DNA of 62,917 bases, filler included, from Globobulimina sp. (lineage: Eukaryota): assembly GCA_003354225.1 (NCBI GenBank). It is 20 parts of 20 records of this genome, joined end to end, with 100 filler letters (N's around TTAATTAATTAA, not from the genome) between each part and the next. Parts side by side here need not be neighbours in the genome. Positions count along the whole stretch, not along the records: positions 1 to 3,053 come from PIVH01003869.1; positions 3,154 to 6,206 come from PIVH01003870.1; positions 6,307 to 9,359 come from PIVH01003871.1; positions 9,460 to 12,512 come from PIVH01003872.1; 16 more parts are not named here. The stretch is one strand, 5' to 3'. Shown in pieces: positions 1-12,238 of this stretch (position 1 is the stretch's first letter; each line of letters begins with the position of its first letter). The translations under genes were made by a program, and so were the position numbers. Below the pieces are notes generated by a model that saw nothing but the letters and a program-made list of their open reading frames with translations, made no database searches and was not told where the DNA came from.

Positions 1-489
1 TTTATATATTTATGATATATCCGTTTTATATATCCTTGCACTTTGAAACATTTATACAAATAAATTATATTTGTTTGCGCTTTTTATTCACCGAATCGAT
101 TGTGTTTTGAAACAGTCGATTGTTAAATTTATGCTATAAAATAAAGACACTTGAAATAGTACACCATGCAATGCAATGACATTATTTATTTGATGAGATA
201 TACGCCAAACCATCGACTGTTATCACTACATATTTTTGGCATATTACTGTAGCTAAAAAGTTGAAGAACGGGTGCGTACTTTTGAAAGCATAACGTTTTT
301 CTAACATTTTTACAAACGTTTTCTGACGCTGATTGCAAGAATTTGTTTCCGATTTGTCTCGGATAAATTGACAGATCATCCCCAGGCTGATAACATAACA
401 AATTCCGTAGCGGTACACACAAATACACGATAATCACCAATAACAATATACATTTTTAAGTTACACCATCGCCGCGTACCAGGTCTCCA

Positions 490-1578
490 ATGCGTTCCGG
501 TGATGAGAGAGAGGAGATAATGCCTTGGTATTTATCCGGAAAACAAAAAAAACGGAAAAACGCCGCATTGGCAGCCAACCCTCGCTCAGTTCATCAGAAG
601 AAAAAAGACAACAAACTAATCAATAAATTACGCGAATCTGCCAAGATCGAATCAGAATGGATTGAAAAGTATTCACTCGCTAAATACGGCGAATATATCG
701 CACCCAAAATCGAAGATAAATACCGTAAAAAAGGCAAAAAGGAAGAAAAAGCAGCAGAGCCAGAGCCAGAGCCAGATGAAGCAGAGCAAAAAAGTGGTTT
801 AGTGCCGGATTTACATGCCATTGAAGTAGATTTTGAAGAGATTGTAGTCGATGTTTGTGTGGATATGTTATTGCTTTTGGACGAATCGTGGGAGGGCAGA
901 GTGAGTATATTAAATGCATTAATTGCTCAATTATGTGATGCTGATTGCACAGAGGATATATTTGCATTAAAAATGTGTAAATTTCTATGTGCGATTGGCC
1001 ACCAATTCACTGATCCGCGTTCCTTAATTATCCAAGCTTTGGAGCAATGTATTTCTAAATTAGCTGAAACTTCGCCGGATAGATTTATTTTATTTGCACC
1101 GTATATATTGACCTCACTATTTACAACTTGCCCGGTTCGAATCGAAGCATTGCGTGATCCGGGAATTAAGTTAGGAAACTTTTTAATTGCTACGTTGATA
1201 GATTATGATGTAAAGCATCAATTATTACGCACGGTTTTCAATGGTTTAGACAGTAAACATGCAGCGGTACGAACGGAGTGTGCCAATTATATGGATTTAA
1301 TGATTCGCTCCATTGGTTTATTGGAAAAGGCTGATGCAACGGAGGGGGAACAATTGTTTTTAGCAGAGATTGATGCGTCAATAAAGAGAGCCTGCAACGA
1401 CGCCTCGAGTGAAGCGAGAATGAATGGATATCGCTCGTTGAATCAGTATAAGAATATTGCTCCAAACGCTGCACAGGATATTATTGATAAAATGACTAAA
1501 GCTCAAAGCACAAAATATCAACAAGCAAATGAGAGTGCACATTTCGTAGAAGATACAGATTTAATTGATATTAATTAA
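490..1578 (+). CDS. CLASP/TOG-like HEAT-repeat protein
   Basis: 362-aa ORF with a basic N-terminus and a helical region (GLDSKHAAVRTECANYM, IKRACNDASSEARMNG) resembling CLASP_N HEAT repeats. Confidence 0.55.
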   Translation: MRSGDEREEIMPWYLSGKQKKRKNAALAANPRSVHQKKKDNKLINKLRESAKIESEWIEKYSLAKYGEYIAPKIEDKYRKKGKKEEKAAEPEPEPDEAEQKSGLVPDLHAIEVDFEEIVVDVCVDMLLLLDESWEGRVSILNALIAQLCDADCTEDIFALKMCKFLCAIGHQFTDPRSLIIQALEQCISKLAETSPDRFILFAPYILTSLFTTCPVRIEALRDPGIKLGNFLIATLIDYDVKHQLLRTVFNGLDSKHAAVRTECANYMDLMIRSIGLLEKADATEGEQLFLAEIDASIKRACNDASSEARMNGYRSLNQYKNIAPNAAQDIIDKMTKAQSTKYQQANESAHFVEDTDLIDIN

Positions 1579-1875
1579 AAGTTGTCTGTGTATATACTAT
1601 ATCAAACGAGTTTTTTTTTGTTTGTTTATTTTATATTAATTGGTGTGTTGTTATATACTTGTTATGTTCAGCAATTTATATGTGTATTTTATGTTTTTTG
1701 TATGCTTTAAGATATACATATTTTGTTTGTTTTGTTTGTTTATAATAATTTATATCTTTTTTGTTGTTTTTCCTTTCTGGCGACGCACAAAATGACATAA
1801 CTAGAAAAATATTATCAAACAAATAATTCTTTTTTTTACAATGCACACACAGTTGGTGCGTTTGGGGCAATTCCC

Positions 1876-3053
1876 TCATTCGAATTCATTTTGAATGAGT
1901 TTTTTAATTGCTTTATAAACAGCATTCCTTGCGCTTATTTTTTTAATTCCCATTGATTGGATATGATAAAATTCTATTTCTACTAAATCTTTGCCAGTAT
2001 ATTCAGATTCAAATATCTCTTTTTTTATATTTTCTTCATATTGTTTTAATGAGCCATCATTCACTGTATTCATAATGAAAATAAATACTTTTTTTGAATC
2101 CCATTCTCGCCATAACGAATAGTCCAAATTATTCCTCTCATTCTCTTCTTCTAATTCATTTATTTCTAACTCTATTTCTTTTTTATCAGATTCATCCACT
2201 GATTGTAGACGTGATACAATCATATTTATATTCGATTCATTTTGAATCTTAGCCTTAAATGGAAATATTTTCAGTTTCCATGCCACTACAAAATACGCAA
2301 TAAAACAAATTAACACAACAACACCACATATAACCAATATAGATGTCCACGCATTATCCGCAGCAGCATATGTATAAATATCTAATATATCAGCCACTAC
2401 CGCACTTTCTGCATTTTCATTGGCAATCTGCCCACGATACACAATCGGCAATTGATACGCTTCAATGTATTTAAATCCAATCCTGTGGCCAGAGTTATAT
2501 TTATCCGGTCGTATAAATCCGAGTGACATATTATTAATATCTACACCGGTGGTACGGTTTAAATCGTGTGCAGCCGTCATAATAAAATCATTACACAACT
2601 CATCAATAATCGTAATCTTGCCACTATCCACATATATCATCACATCTTGCGTACCATACGTTTTCCAATTACAATAGTCCTCACCCGACGCAGTCTTCTT
2701 TTGCAGGCCAGTTTCATAGATATTATCCCCGCTATATATCAATCTCACTCCTTTCTTGCCATCCCATACAATCTGAATCACACCGCTTTGTATCCCCTCT
2801 ACATAGCCATCCATCCTACCACCAATACTTACAAAATGAGGATAAATCCGCATCCCATATATGTGTCATTAAGCCATCAAAATCGCTATAAAATTGTGTA
2901 TATTGCATGCTATGAAAACGACCTACAATGGTCTGAGTGATTTTATCTTTTAAATCTTGATCTTCACTCTCTCCATAACTGCCAAACCATAAATATGCAT
3001 CCTCCCATGGCGATTGTCCTAATATATCATGTATTTGCAACTTCAAACTGACA
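1876..3053 (-). CDS. Single-pass membrane protein with C-terminal SAM domain, 5'-partial, frame break near 2816-2853
   Basis: TM segment ILVICGVVVLICFIAYFVVAW followed by SAM-like WREWDSKKVFIFI...TGKDLVEI...MGIKKISARNAVYKAIKKL. The upstream frame 2816..3046 is open towards the contig edge. Confidence 0.5.
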
Positions 3054-3153
3054 NNNNNNNNNNNNNNNNNNNNNNNNNNNNNNNNNNNNNNNNNNNNTTA
3101 ATTAATTAANNNNNNNNNNNNNNNNNNNNNNNNNNNNNNNNNNNNNNNNNNNN
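3054..3153. other. Artificial contig-joining spacer (first of 19)
   Basis: N44-TTAATTAATTAA-N44 with stops in all six frames. Identical 100-nt spacers start at 3054, 6207, 9360, 12513, 15665, 18817, 21969, 25120, 28271, 31422, 34572, 37722, 40872, 44022, 47172, 50322, 53471, 56620 and 59769. Contig length falls from 3053 to 3049. Confidence 0.99.
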
Positions 3154-3454
3154 CGCTTGCACCTTCTTCATATCCTAAACTTGAATTTACTGGAAAACAG
3201 CAATTTTTTTCCCCCAAATATTCAATCATTCTTTCTTTTATTAATTCCATACAATAATCACCTTCTTTCACACTGCAATTTAATGTTTTGTATTCGCTGC
3301 AATTAAGTGTTTATGACATGGTGGTAATCCATATTGATGTTCCCTGATTATTGTATGTAATTAATAAAAGAAAGAATGATTGAATACTTTGGTGATGAAC
3401 AAATTGCTGCTTTTCCAGCAAATTCAAGTTTAGGATATGAAGAAGGTGCAAGCG
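3154..3454. repeat. Diverged inverted repeat, arms 3154-3260 and 3345-3454
   Basis: The right arm TGATTATTGTATGTAATTAATAAAAGAAAGAATGATTGAA...GGATATGAAGAAGGTGCAAGCG is the imperfect reverse complement of the left arm. Confidence 0.9.
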
Positions 3455-3455
3455 T

Positions 3456-5258
3456 TCAAATCATTCGTATACATTTGGTGGCAGGATGGAAAGGCGCGGT
3501 CTTTATGGTGACTGCAGAAATCATTTTCTGTTTCAACAATTTAAAATCCTCAACCACTCCGTTGTGCGCTTGCTGCAAACTGGCATAATTAATGATGGTT
3601 TTAATATGTTTGCAGTACAACGCCGTGAAACATAACATCATTTCCTGCGATATTTTCGACTCTTTCCTCTTTTTGAATGGATTGGTCTTCCAATCACTGT
3701 CCATATCATCGCTCATATTCTCGCGATTCATTTTATTGTCATAGATCTCCTCCAATAGCCCAATACAGCCCATTTGACAATTTTCAAACAACTTTTTATT
3801 GCTGCAATTTGGATATATGGCACCCAAATATTGCAACGAACTCTCCTCCATCCTCTTGTTCCATTTCTCGATCAACAACATATTGATTTGTATGTCCTGT
3901 TCGTGATATTTATACCGCTTCAATCGCTTATGCTGCTCCTTCTGTTTCACCTCCATTTTACTGACAACACTCTGTAAATTATGTATCTTTGCTTGCAATC
4001 TCTGTTCATGCTGCTTAAAACCACCTATTTTGGCTTCAAAGTCCTTCTGCTGTTTGGCATACATTCTGTGCTCACACTCGATCTCTTTCGTTTTCATTGC
4101 CAAATCCGTAACTAATGACTCCTTCTCATGTTGCAATGTAACAATCTCTCGCTTTATGCCCGCAATCTCTTCCTTCAATGCCTCCTCTCTTTGCATCATC
4201 TCCTTCAAATCATCGATATCAAACAGTTTCGTTTGCGTTTCAGCCTCATTCTGCTCTCCGTCCTCCTCTTTGCTGTCATCATCGTTGGCTTTGCTAATGC
4301 CGCTCAAGTCGTTGTTGATATAATCCGTTCTGACATCTGTATATTATATATATTTGCAATATAGTCTCATGTATTATGTATACCGTAACTTACCGTATGT
4401 AATAAAGCCAGAGCTCGCGGAAGTTGTCGCCGTTCGGATCTTATCGGTCCAATCCATCAATTCCGGCACCGTTTTGCAGCGAAAACGAATTCTGGCATCG
4501 ATGGCAGCTAAACCCATTTGGACGGCGGATTGGTGCGGTACGAAGGTAATGTCGTATCGCTTTTTTTTCTCATCCTTTCTGATGGATAGATGGTAATTCC
4601 TTAAATATATGGTGCCTTTTGGATGATTGATGTCGTTGTTGGCGTTGGGGTTTTTTTTATAGATTCGATTTGCTTTCGAGCTCGAAGTGGAGCCCGATTT
4701 TATGGGACATTGATCGTAATATAATAAGAAGGACGGATATAAGACGACGTAGCGGGTGTTGTATCGGTGCATATTTTCAGATTTTTTCTTAAGTGGCCCT
4801 TGTTTGAGAGGGAGTAGTTCGTGGTCGTCGATGATGCGCGTTTTGTAGGTTTGGGTGTCATCGCCGGATGAATATACATCGTCGTCCTCGATCTGCACAG
4901 ATTGTGCATTGTTGCCGTACCTCGCAACGGCATTTGCGTCACTTGTGTCCTTGTCTGAGGTTGGCGATGCGGCGGAATCTTTGCGGAAAGAGTCTCTTCC
5001 AAATGTGGAGGATGTCTCGTCGATGGATAAGGAACGTTCATGCGATAAGCCACGTGATTGAATAAACATAGAATTGGAACTTTCGAGCTGTTTGCATTTC
5101 TCTTCTAATTGTTCGGCCAATAACAGGTTGGTTTGTTGTAAGGCGTCCACTGTGTCGCGTTGGCGGCGAATAGTGTCTTCTAAGTCTTCCACCATTTGTT
5201 CCAACTCTGATATGCGACCATCTCGGGCGTCGGGCGTTAAATCGTCTGTGTCTGCCAT
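3456..5258 (-). CDS. Coiled-coil / PH-domain / coiled-coil protein (2 exons)
   Basis: PH motifs LKQGPLKKKS...RYVVLYPSFLLYY...PKGTIYL...ELMDWTDKI. A GT-AG intron at 4337-4393 (57 nt) joins ORFs 4374..5258 and 3456..4307 in frame. Confidence 0.75.
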
Positions 5259-5283
5259 GACTCACTGGACTTTAAGTTAATTA

Positions 5284-6024
5284 ATGGCTATGTTTTTGTT
5301 GGGTTTTTATGTTGCATTGTTTGCAGTAAGTAGAGCGGTGGAAGTACCTATACAATCCTATGAAAGTGCGGATGAAGTTGTTCAAGGTTTTAAACAATTA
5401 TTAGCTGAATATTGGGAAGATAAAATTCCATTTGCTTCAGTATATGGCAATATTGTTGATCAACAGAGTGCAAATCAAGTGTTTACAGCTGATGGTAAAC
5501 CATATACTTGGAATGAAGCAAGAGCCAAAGCTGACCTTATTCGACGTAAAACTAATCCAGATGAATATGGTGGCGTTACATGTATTGTAAATGCAGAAGA
5601 AAATGCATTTCCATCAAATACTATCATTTTTGATTGTGTTAGTTCTGTATCCATAAAGATACCAATCACAGGCTATCAAATGATGCCATTATCAAGCAAA
5701 CGCACATTTGTATTTGGTGAGAATGGCTTACTTATTTCACAAACAATTGAGTCACAAAACGGTGCGTTTGGTAAACTTATATCAACATTTGCGGGATCAG
5801 CAAATAATGGCAAGGCACAGGACACTCAGCCAATAATTCAAATTGGTTCATTTAAAATGGATAAATTTGATGCTGTCATATTGTGTATATTTTCAAGTGT
5901 TACAATTATTGGGGTGTTGGCATTATTTTATCTCTTAAAGAAAGTAAATGCAATTTATAACCATTTATTGCCAAATAAAATTCAATATGTTAAAGTCAGT
6001 GTTGATACAGAAAGTGAAAATTAA
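5284..6024 (+). CDS. Type I membrane protein of unknown function
   Basis: Signal peptide MAMFLLGFYVALFAVSRA and C-terminal TM helix; intact 246-aa ORF. Confidence 0.6.
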   Translation: MAMFLLGFYVALFAVSRAVEVPIQSYESADEVVQGFKQLLAEYWEDKIPFASVYGNIVDQQSANQVFTADGKPYTWNEARAKADLIRRKTNPDEYGGVTCIVNAEENAFPSNTIIFDCVSSVSIKIPITGYQMMPLSSKRTFVFGENGLLISQTIESQNGAFGKLISTFAGSANNGKAQDTQPIIQIGSFKMDKFDAVILCIFSSVTIIGVLALFYLLKKVNAIYNHLLPNKIQYVKVSVDTESEN

Positions 6025-6306
6025 ATAATGTTTAATTTATATTTGTTTTAATTTATATTAATAAAATTTACACTTGACCGCATGCTCTTATCTTTTTTTT
6101 TTCTGTGAAAACCTTTCAAGTAAAGTATAATTTAAATTATACTCAGAGAACTTGAGATGAAATCTGTCACTAATTGCGGCGTACCACTAATAATTGTAGC
6201 ATCAGTNNNNNNNNNNNNNNNNNNNNNNNNNNNNNNNNNNNNNNNNNNNNTTAATTAATTAANNNNNNNNNNNNNNNNNNNNNNNNNNNNNNNNNNNNNN
6301 NNNNNN

Positions 6307-6902
6307 GAATGACTACGATATTATTTTCATCATAAAAAATATCCTTATCCGCAATATTTTGATTATTTAGCGATTCTTCCCATTTTGAAACATTTAAATC
6401 AAAGCAAAGTGCGTCTTGATACCGTAGAATTGTGGCCGATTTATATACTAATTTCTCAAAATAAATATTACAATTGTTTTTGGAAAAAAACTGTTCAATG
6501 TCATGAATTTGATTAAAACATGAAATGAAATCAACATAATTGTCCTGCACCATTTCTTTCAACGAAACAGATGTTTTCGCTTTGCATTTGTCCATTTTGT
6601 CGAGTATTTTTTGTGTATGTTCGATGCCATCAACTCTTTCGTATTCAGAGGAAAGATCTGAATTATATTATTTGTATATAATTAATCGGAAAAAAGCAAA
6701 ACAAGATATATTTTTAACATTTTGCAGGATCAAAATGTTTCTTTGTAAACACATCGAGAATAAATTCCAATTCACAGTCATGTTTTTCTTTTATGGGTGA
6801 TCTAAATTCATCGTTTAAATACAAATGATTTGGCTTGGTTCTGCCTGATTGTTTTGATGATTGACAATGATTTAATGTCACATTGAAAAGGAATGTATTT
6901 AC
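6307..6902 (-). CDS. Exocyst Sec5/Vps51-like tethering subunit, fragment
   Basis: Intron 6658-6718 gives FDPAKYLS...LKEMVQDNYVDFISCFNQIHDIE, resembling the Sec5/Exo84/Vps51 N-terminal motif. Truncated by the contig end; further upstream exons not resolved. Confidence 0.4.
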
Positions 6903-7751
6903 CTGTTAAAAAATTTGAGAATATGCTAGATACTCTTTTTGTTAGTGATATATTGTGCACATCATCTGAATTTATAGGCACTGTCTAAAGCAAAGAAAAC
7001 AATAAACATTATTTATATCATTGAATAGATCTGTGTAATAACTTGGATTGGTGATGATCTTCGTAATTTTGTTGATAATAAAGGAGGTTTTTGATTCTTA
7101 AGACTCTTCATGCTTTATATTCATGTTTGCAATTAACAACCAATCACCTGTAAATATGAATATTTTACGTAATGCATTCAATAATTAAGGGAGTAAAAAA
7201 TTAATTGCAATCAGTAGTTAGCACGGATCTGAGTATATGCAAAGCAACGAATTTATTATAATGCATTAATCTACCTTTGATATTCTCTCTTGTTGTATGT
7301 CTTGGTGCAAGCGCGACTGCGCGAACGTAATCCCAGTTTGTAGCAATAAATTGATCGGATGCCAATGATAAACATCAACACATAAAGGTGCAAACGACAG
7401 AGTGTTATGTATCGACCCAATATGGACAGATACGTTGTGAATGATCACGTCTCTGCATCCGACAAGTTAAGTAAAGCTAACATAAATCTGTCAAACAACT
7501 CCTTTTTAAACAATAACACTCTTTACACGCAGACAAATATCATTTCACTCACTGTCTGAACACATATAGCGGCGGAATACGTACATACTCTGACAGTTTG
7601 AATAAAGTTTTTATATTTCAATATTTATAGCGGGAGTTACATTAATTATAATATTATATTGGTTGCATTCATTTTAATATATTTATTTATATAATGTACA
7701 ACTATAATTATAATTACTATAAAAAAAACGATTTATAATATACAGTCAATT

Positions 7752-9359
7752 TTATGGAGGTGGACATTTTTGTGAATCTTGAAAAGGATAAGAAACATTA
7801 AAATATTGTTGGATAAGTTTCAAACCAGCTTGAAATGCCATAAATTGATTTCCTGAGGAAACAGCATTATATTCATTATTTGTAATAAATATTGTTTCAT
7901 TTTTATTTGGATGTCGTATCCTTTCTGAGATAGCCGGAATATCGACATTGTATTTCCAAGGATTTAAGCCATCCACATCCTGTGGGTTCACACCAAACGG
8001 TTTAACAAAAACAGCCAATGGCGCACCTAACGAGTAATTATTTATCGACAATGATAATAATTCATCCATTTGCATCATTACTTGACTGACCAATGCATTC
8101 GAGGCAATAATCATTGACTCCATATTATTAACACTCAAATTTGAATCTATTTCATATTCCTGGCCAACGGCTTGCAATTCATTCCAAAAAATGCTCTCTG
8201 AATCTAATTTTGGATACAATTGAATTAATGTCAATGTGTCATTCGTTGAAATCGACTCAAATGCAGTAAATTCATTTATTTCTAAATCAGTTTTTGATTG
8301 AGATTTGGATGCTAAATATGATGATAACTCTTCATTTTCAATATTATAAATTAAATTTATTTTATACAGTTTTGTGAGTACAGTTATACTTTGAATACCA
8401 ATCTCTTCCAAGTCTCGACGAATGGGACTTAAATCAGCTACCAATCTCTTTAAATTTGAAATATCTACACTCAAAATAATATTATCTGCATTTATCTGTG
8501 TAATATCTTTATATTTATCATTAATGGAATTAATTCCAACCAAATATTTATATCCATCATTGTTATTATTCTCATTGTAGTCAATTTGTACCAATTCTGT
8601 ATTAAGCCATATTGGATCAAATTCATTGTCATAATCGTTATCAACAAACATTATATTTTCATAAAATCCATTAATCATTGATAAAAATCCATATTTTAAC
8701 GTCCTCAGTGAATTATCATATAAGCCATCATCATTTGTTGTGTTTGCATAGGATATCGATCCGTAATTACTTCGCATTAAAGTATGAACCAAACTCGTTT
8801 CTGCAGGATCCCAAGGCTCTAATTCATGCAATTTAGCTGCAATATATTCACTGGATACATTCAAATAATTTGTTAATGCCGTTTTAAGCGAATACGCAAT
8901 GATCGGAATGCCATTTAATGTCCAATTACTATGATAAAATTTATCTGTCCAATCCTGCAATGTCTCCGGTTGTTGGCCATTATTATTCTCATTTAAAATA
9001 TCATTATAAATTCTTTTTAATGGATGGGTATCATTTATAATCAATGTCTTATCTGTTTCTGTGAAATGAAAAACATCGTTGGCTGTCCAATTATAAATGA
9101 TATTATTTCGAAAATATGATATTGGTTTCGGATTGATTGCAATTGAGCTATTTTGAAAAAAGAAAACAAGCTCATCACATAAATTCAAATAATATAATAT
9201 TTGCCACATTAATGGATCATAGCTGGTTCGCCGCGCTCCAAATTCCATTGTAATTTGTTTGTCGTTATAGGTGACAATGGACGACAATGTCCGACCGCCG
9301 ATATAGTTTTGTTTCTCGATTAATAATATCTTTTTATTTGGATATGTTTCACGCAAAAA
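7752..9359 (-). CDS. Flavin-containing amine oxidase family protein, 5'-partial
   Basis: LLIEKQNYIGGRTLS...MEFGARR, the GG motif and ExGAxR of the MAO/LAAO family. The GxGxxG motif would lie beyond the contig end. Confidence 0.7.
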   Translation of the reverse strand, partial: FLRETYPNKKILLIEKQNYIGGRTLSSIVTYNDKQITMEFGARRTSYDPLMWQILYYLNLCDELVFFFQNSSIAINPKPISYFRNNIIYNWTANDVFHFTETDKTLIINDTHPLKRIYNDILNENNNGQQPETLQDWTDKFYHSNWTLNGIPIIAYSLKTALTNYLNVSSEYIAAKLHELEPWDPAETSLVHTLMRSNYGSISYANTTNDDGLYDNSLRTLKYGFLSMINGFYENIMFVDNDYDNEFDPIWLNTELVQIDYNENNNNDGYKYLVGINSINDKYKDITQINADNIILSVDISNLKRLVADLSPIRRDLEEIGIQSITVLTKLYKINLIYNIENEELSSYLASKSQSKTDLEINEFTAFESISTNDTLTLIQLYPKLDSESIFWNELQAVGQEYEIDSNLSVNNMESMIIASNALVSQVMMQMDELLSLSINNYSLGAPLAVFVKPFGVNPQDVDGLNPWKYNVDIPAISERIRHPNKNETIFITNNEYNAVSSGNQFMAFQAGLKLIQQYFNVSYPFQDSQKCPPP

Positions 9360-9459
9360 NNNNNNNNNNNNNNNNNNNNNNNNNNNNNNNNNNNNNNNNN
9401 NNNTTAATTAATTAANNNNNNNNNNNNNNNNNNNNNNNNNNNNNNNNNNNNNNNNNNNN

Positions 9460-9902
9460 TATCGCAATTAAAAAATGCAATAATTGATGAAATTAAATAT
9501 TACGGTGAAGAAAATAATTATATTCCGATCAAACCGCAAGAGAAACACACACAAGTCAGACAACCAAATGTCTCTCAAATAATGCCGTTAATTGGTTCAT
9601 TTAATCAGCAACAACTACCACAACGACAACAACCAATCAATGTTGTTCCAATGCAGCACATAGCAATGATAAATGGTACACCCATTATATTAACACCGGT
9701 TAGTGTTCGACCAATACAAATGCAACAAATACAGTATCCAATGCCATTTCAACCTGGATTCATTCAGCCTGCTTTTATTCCACATACCCCAATCTCCCAA
9801 AATGTTCCATGGGTTATTGAGAAAAAACAAAGTGCTCAAATAACTCAATCCAATTCGTTAAAACCAAAAAAACAAAGCGTTAAAATGGATATTGATCAAT
9901 GA
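9460..9902 (+). CDS. Q/P-rich low-complexity C-terminal fragment
   Basis: ORF 9582..9902 with coding-like sequence continuing towards the contig start. Confidence 0.35.
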
Positions 9903-10028
9903 TTTTGTTTCATAAATTTTAAATTAATCTAAACCAACAATACTTTTTTCAATCTTGCATATTATTTTCATCCTTGCACTGTACTAAAAAAAACGAAACA
10001 TATTTTCTTCTTTTCAATTTTGCTAACC

Positions 10029-12238
10029 ATGGACATACATAATATACTACAGAATCGCGAAATCTATGGACATTATAAATGTTAACTACCACATAAACCA
10101 AACTATTTATTTTACAAAACAAAAAAAACACACATTACATATTAAAGGGTCACGGGATCGTTATCCACGTTATTGGGGAGTGGACACCTACAGACTCGGC
10201 GGATTGGAGTGCTTTGTGGACCGATTAGAACAATCCGCCTCATTGTCATGTCACAGAGGCTGTGTAAACACAGTTCGTTGGAACGCCAACGGCAGCAAAA
10301 TCGTCTCCGGTTCAGACGACTGTCATTTAGGAATTTGGAAAATCAATTTTCAATTTGGTGGTGAATCAAAATTATTATCACGCTTCGAAACTGGCCACGA
10401 CTCCAACATCTTCCATGCATTATTTATCCCCAATACAGACGACAACGAAATCGTTTCCTGCGCGTTGGACTGCGACATCCGATACAACATCATCGATCAG
10501 AACGTGTCCAAACGCATCGGCACGCACGACGGCGCCTGCCACAAATTGGATATTATCAACAAAAACGTCTTCATTTCCTGTTCGGAAGACGGCACCATCA
10601 AATTAATCGATATGCGCGACAAAAGCACTGTGAATCAAACGCGTGCCACCAATACTGTCCATAACACCATTGTGCAATTATATAAATTCACGCATGTCAC
10701 CGACAGCACTGCAGCACAACAGCAGATCACCACATTGCCCAAGCTCGGCAAAGAGAAAGTTTCCTGTTATACCATGACATTGAACCCATTGAACAACCAC
10801 ATCTTGGCAGTGGGCTGCAGAGATAAATGGGTCCGCTTATATGACCGCAGAACACTGTCCGTTGGCAACGGCAAGAACGCCAAACCATACATGTTATTGA
10901 CGCAACACTCACTGTCACATAAACAACAGGTTCGCTCTATAACTTCCATCATACATATCCTTGCACAAACCACTAAGCACAAATGACGCAAAGGGCTCAA
11001 GGTATGGCGACAGCGAAGGCGTGACAGGCTTAGCATGGTCGTATGACGGACAGGAAATCGCCGCAAGTTACTCTGCTAAAAATATTGCGTTATTCAACCT
11101 GTACGCAGAGAAAACCTGCCTTCACTTTACTAATTGCAACGACATCGCTGTAAAACACGCCAAAACGCAAGAAGAGACCCGTGATTTACTGAACTCATTC
11201 CCCAACGCTCAGTCTTCATCGTCAGACCTCGATGTTGATGTGGATGTGGTGGTCGATGTCAAGGAAGATATAAAAGATGATAATGCTATGGATGACGACA
11301 GCAAATCTGAGACCAGGTCCAGATCCATATCGCCGTCGCCGCAGCATAAGCATGGCCGGCATAGTGAGGAGGAGGACGCCGAAGTGGCCTCTTTCATCAA
11401 TGACGAAGATGAGGACATGGACCATGACAAAATAGCGCGTTCGCCCACCAACCACAGCAATAATAGAGTGAAGAAGGCAGTGTCTAAAGTGAAGGGCTTA
11501 ATGACTGGAATTAAGGAAAAGGCCAAAAGCAAAAACCATAATTTCAAGAAAAAGTTTGAGCGCAGAAAGAAAAGATTTCATTTATTTTCAAAGTCATTAA
11601 AATATTATCATCAGTCGTATGAGTCGGGCTATATACCGTATTCGCTGCAGATTGCTAACTATACCGGACATAGGACGGTGGAGACGGTGAAGGAGTGCAA
11701 CTTCTTTGGGCCAAAGAGCGAGTATGTGATCTCAGGCAGCGATTGCAAGCATGTGTTTATTTGGCGCAAATCCGATCAGAAGATTGTAAATATATTGGCT
11801 GGGGATGCGCGGATTGCCAATGTGGTGCAAGGCAATCCGACCAATTGTTCCTTGGTGACGTCGGGCTTGGATTCTACGGTCAAGTTATTTACGCCGACGT
11901 CGACCGTGGAGTATAAGCAAAATGAAAGGGAGAAACGGGAGAAGGAATGGGAGCAATTGTTGCAAGAAAATGAACGCGATTCGGAGAGGTCGCGGAGACC
12001 GATACCAATGTCGCTGTTGGTGTATTTGTTACGGAGAGGGTTGTATGGCTTTGATACGGATGATGATGAAGAAGAGGAGGATGAGGAAAAAAATGAGGTT
12101 GATGATGATGAGAAGGACAGTGATAGTGATGACGATGATGATGAGCAGGAGGAGGAGGAGGAGGAGGGAGATGAGGAAGACGAGGATGGTGATATTGGTG
12201 ATGAAGATGCAGCGGTCTTATCATTTATCGCAAATTGA
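10029..12238 (+). CDS. DCAF8/DCAF6-like WD40 protein with acidic tail (3 exons)
   Basis: HRGCVNTVRWN..GSKIVSGSDD, TGHDSNIF and YTGHRTVETVKECNFFGPKSEYVISGSDCKHVFIW are typical of this family. Introns 10081-10147 and 10930-10993 restore the frame. Confidence 0.8.

Noticed and set aside
5272-5284. TTAAGTTAATTAA between two divergent genes looks like the linker
   Set aside because: Not identical, has no flanking Ns and sits mid-contig; treated as AT-rich genomic sequence.
10955-10973. ATATCCTT as the donor of a U12 AT-AC intron
   Set aside because: The nearest frame-restoring AC gives a 19-nt intron, while a normal GT-AG intron (10930-10993) already explains the frame change.
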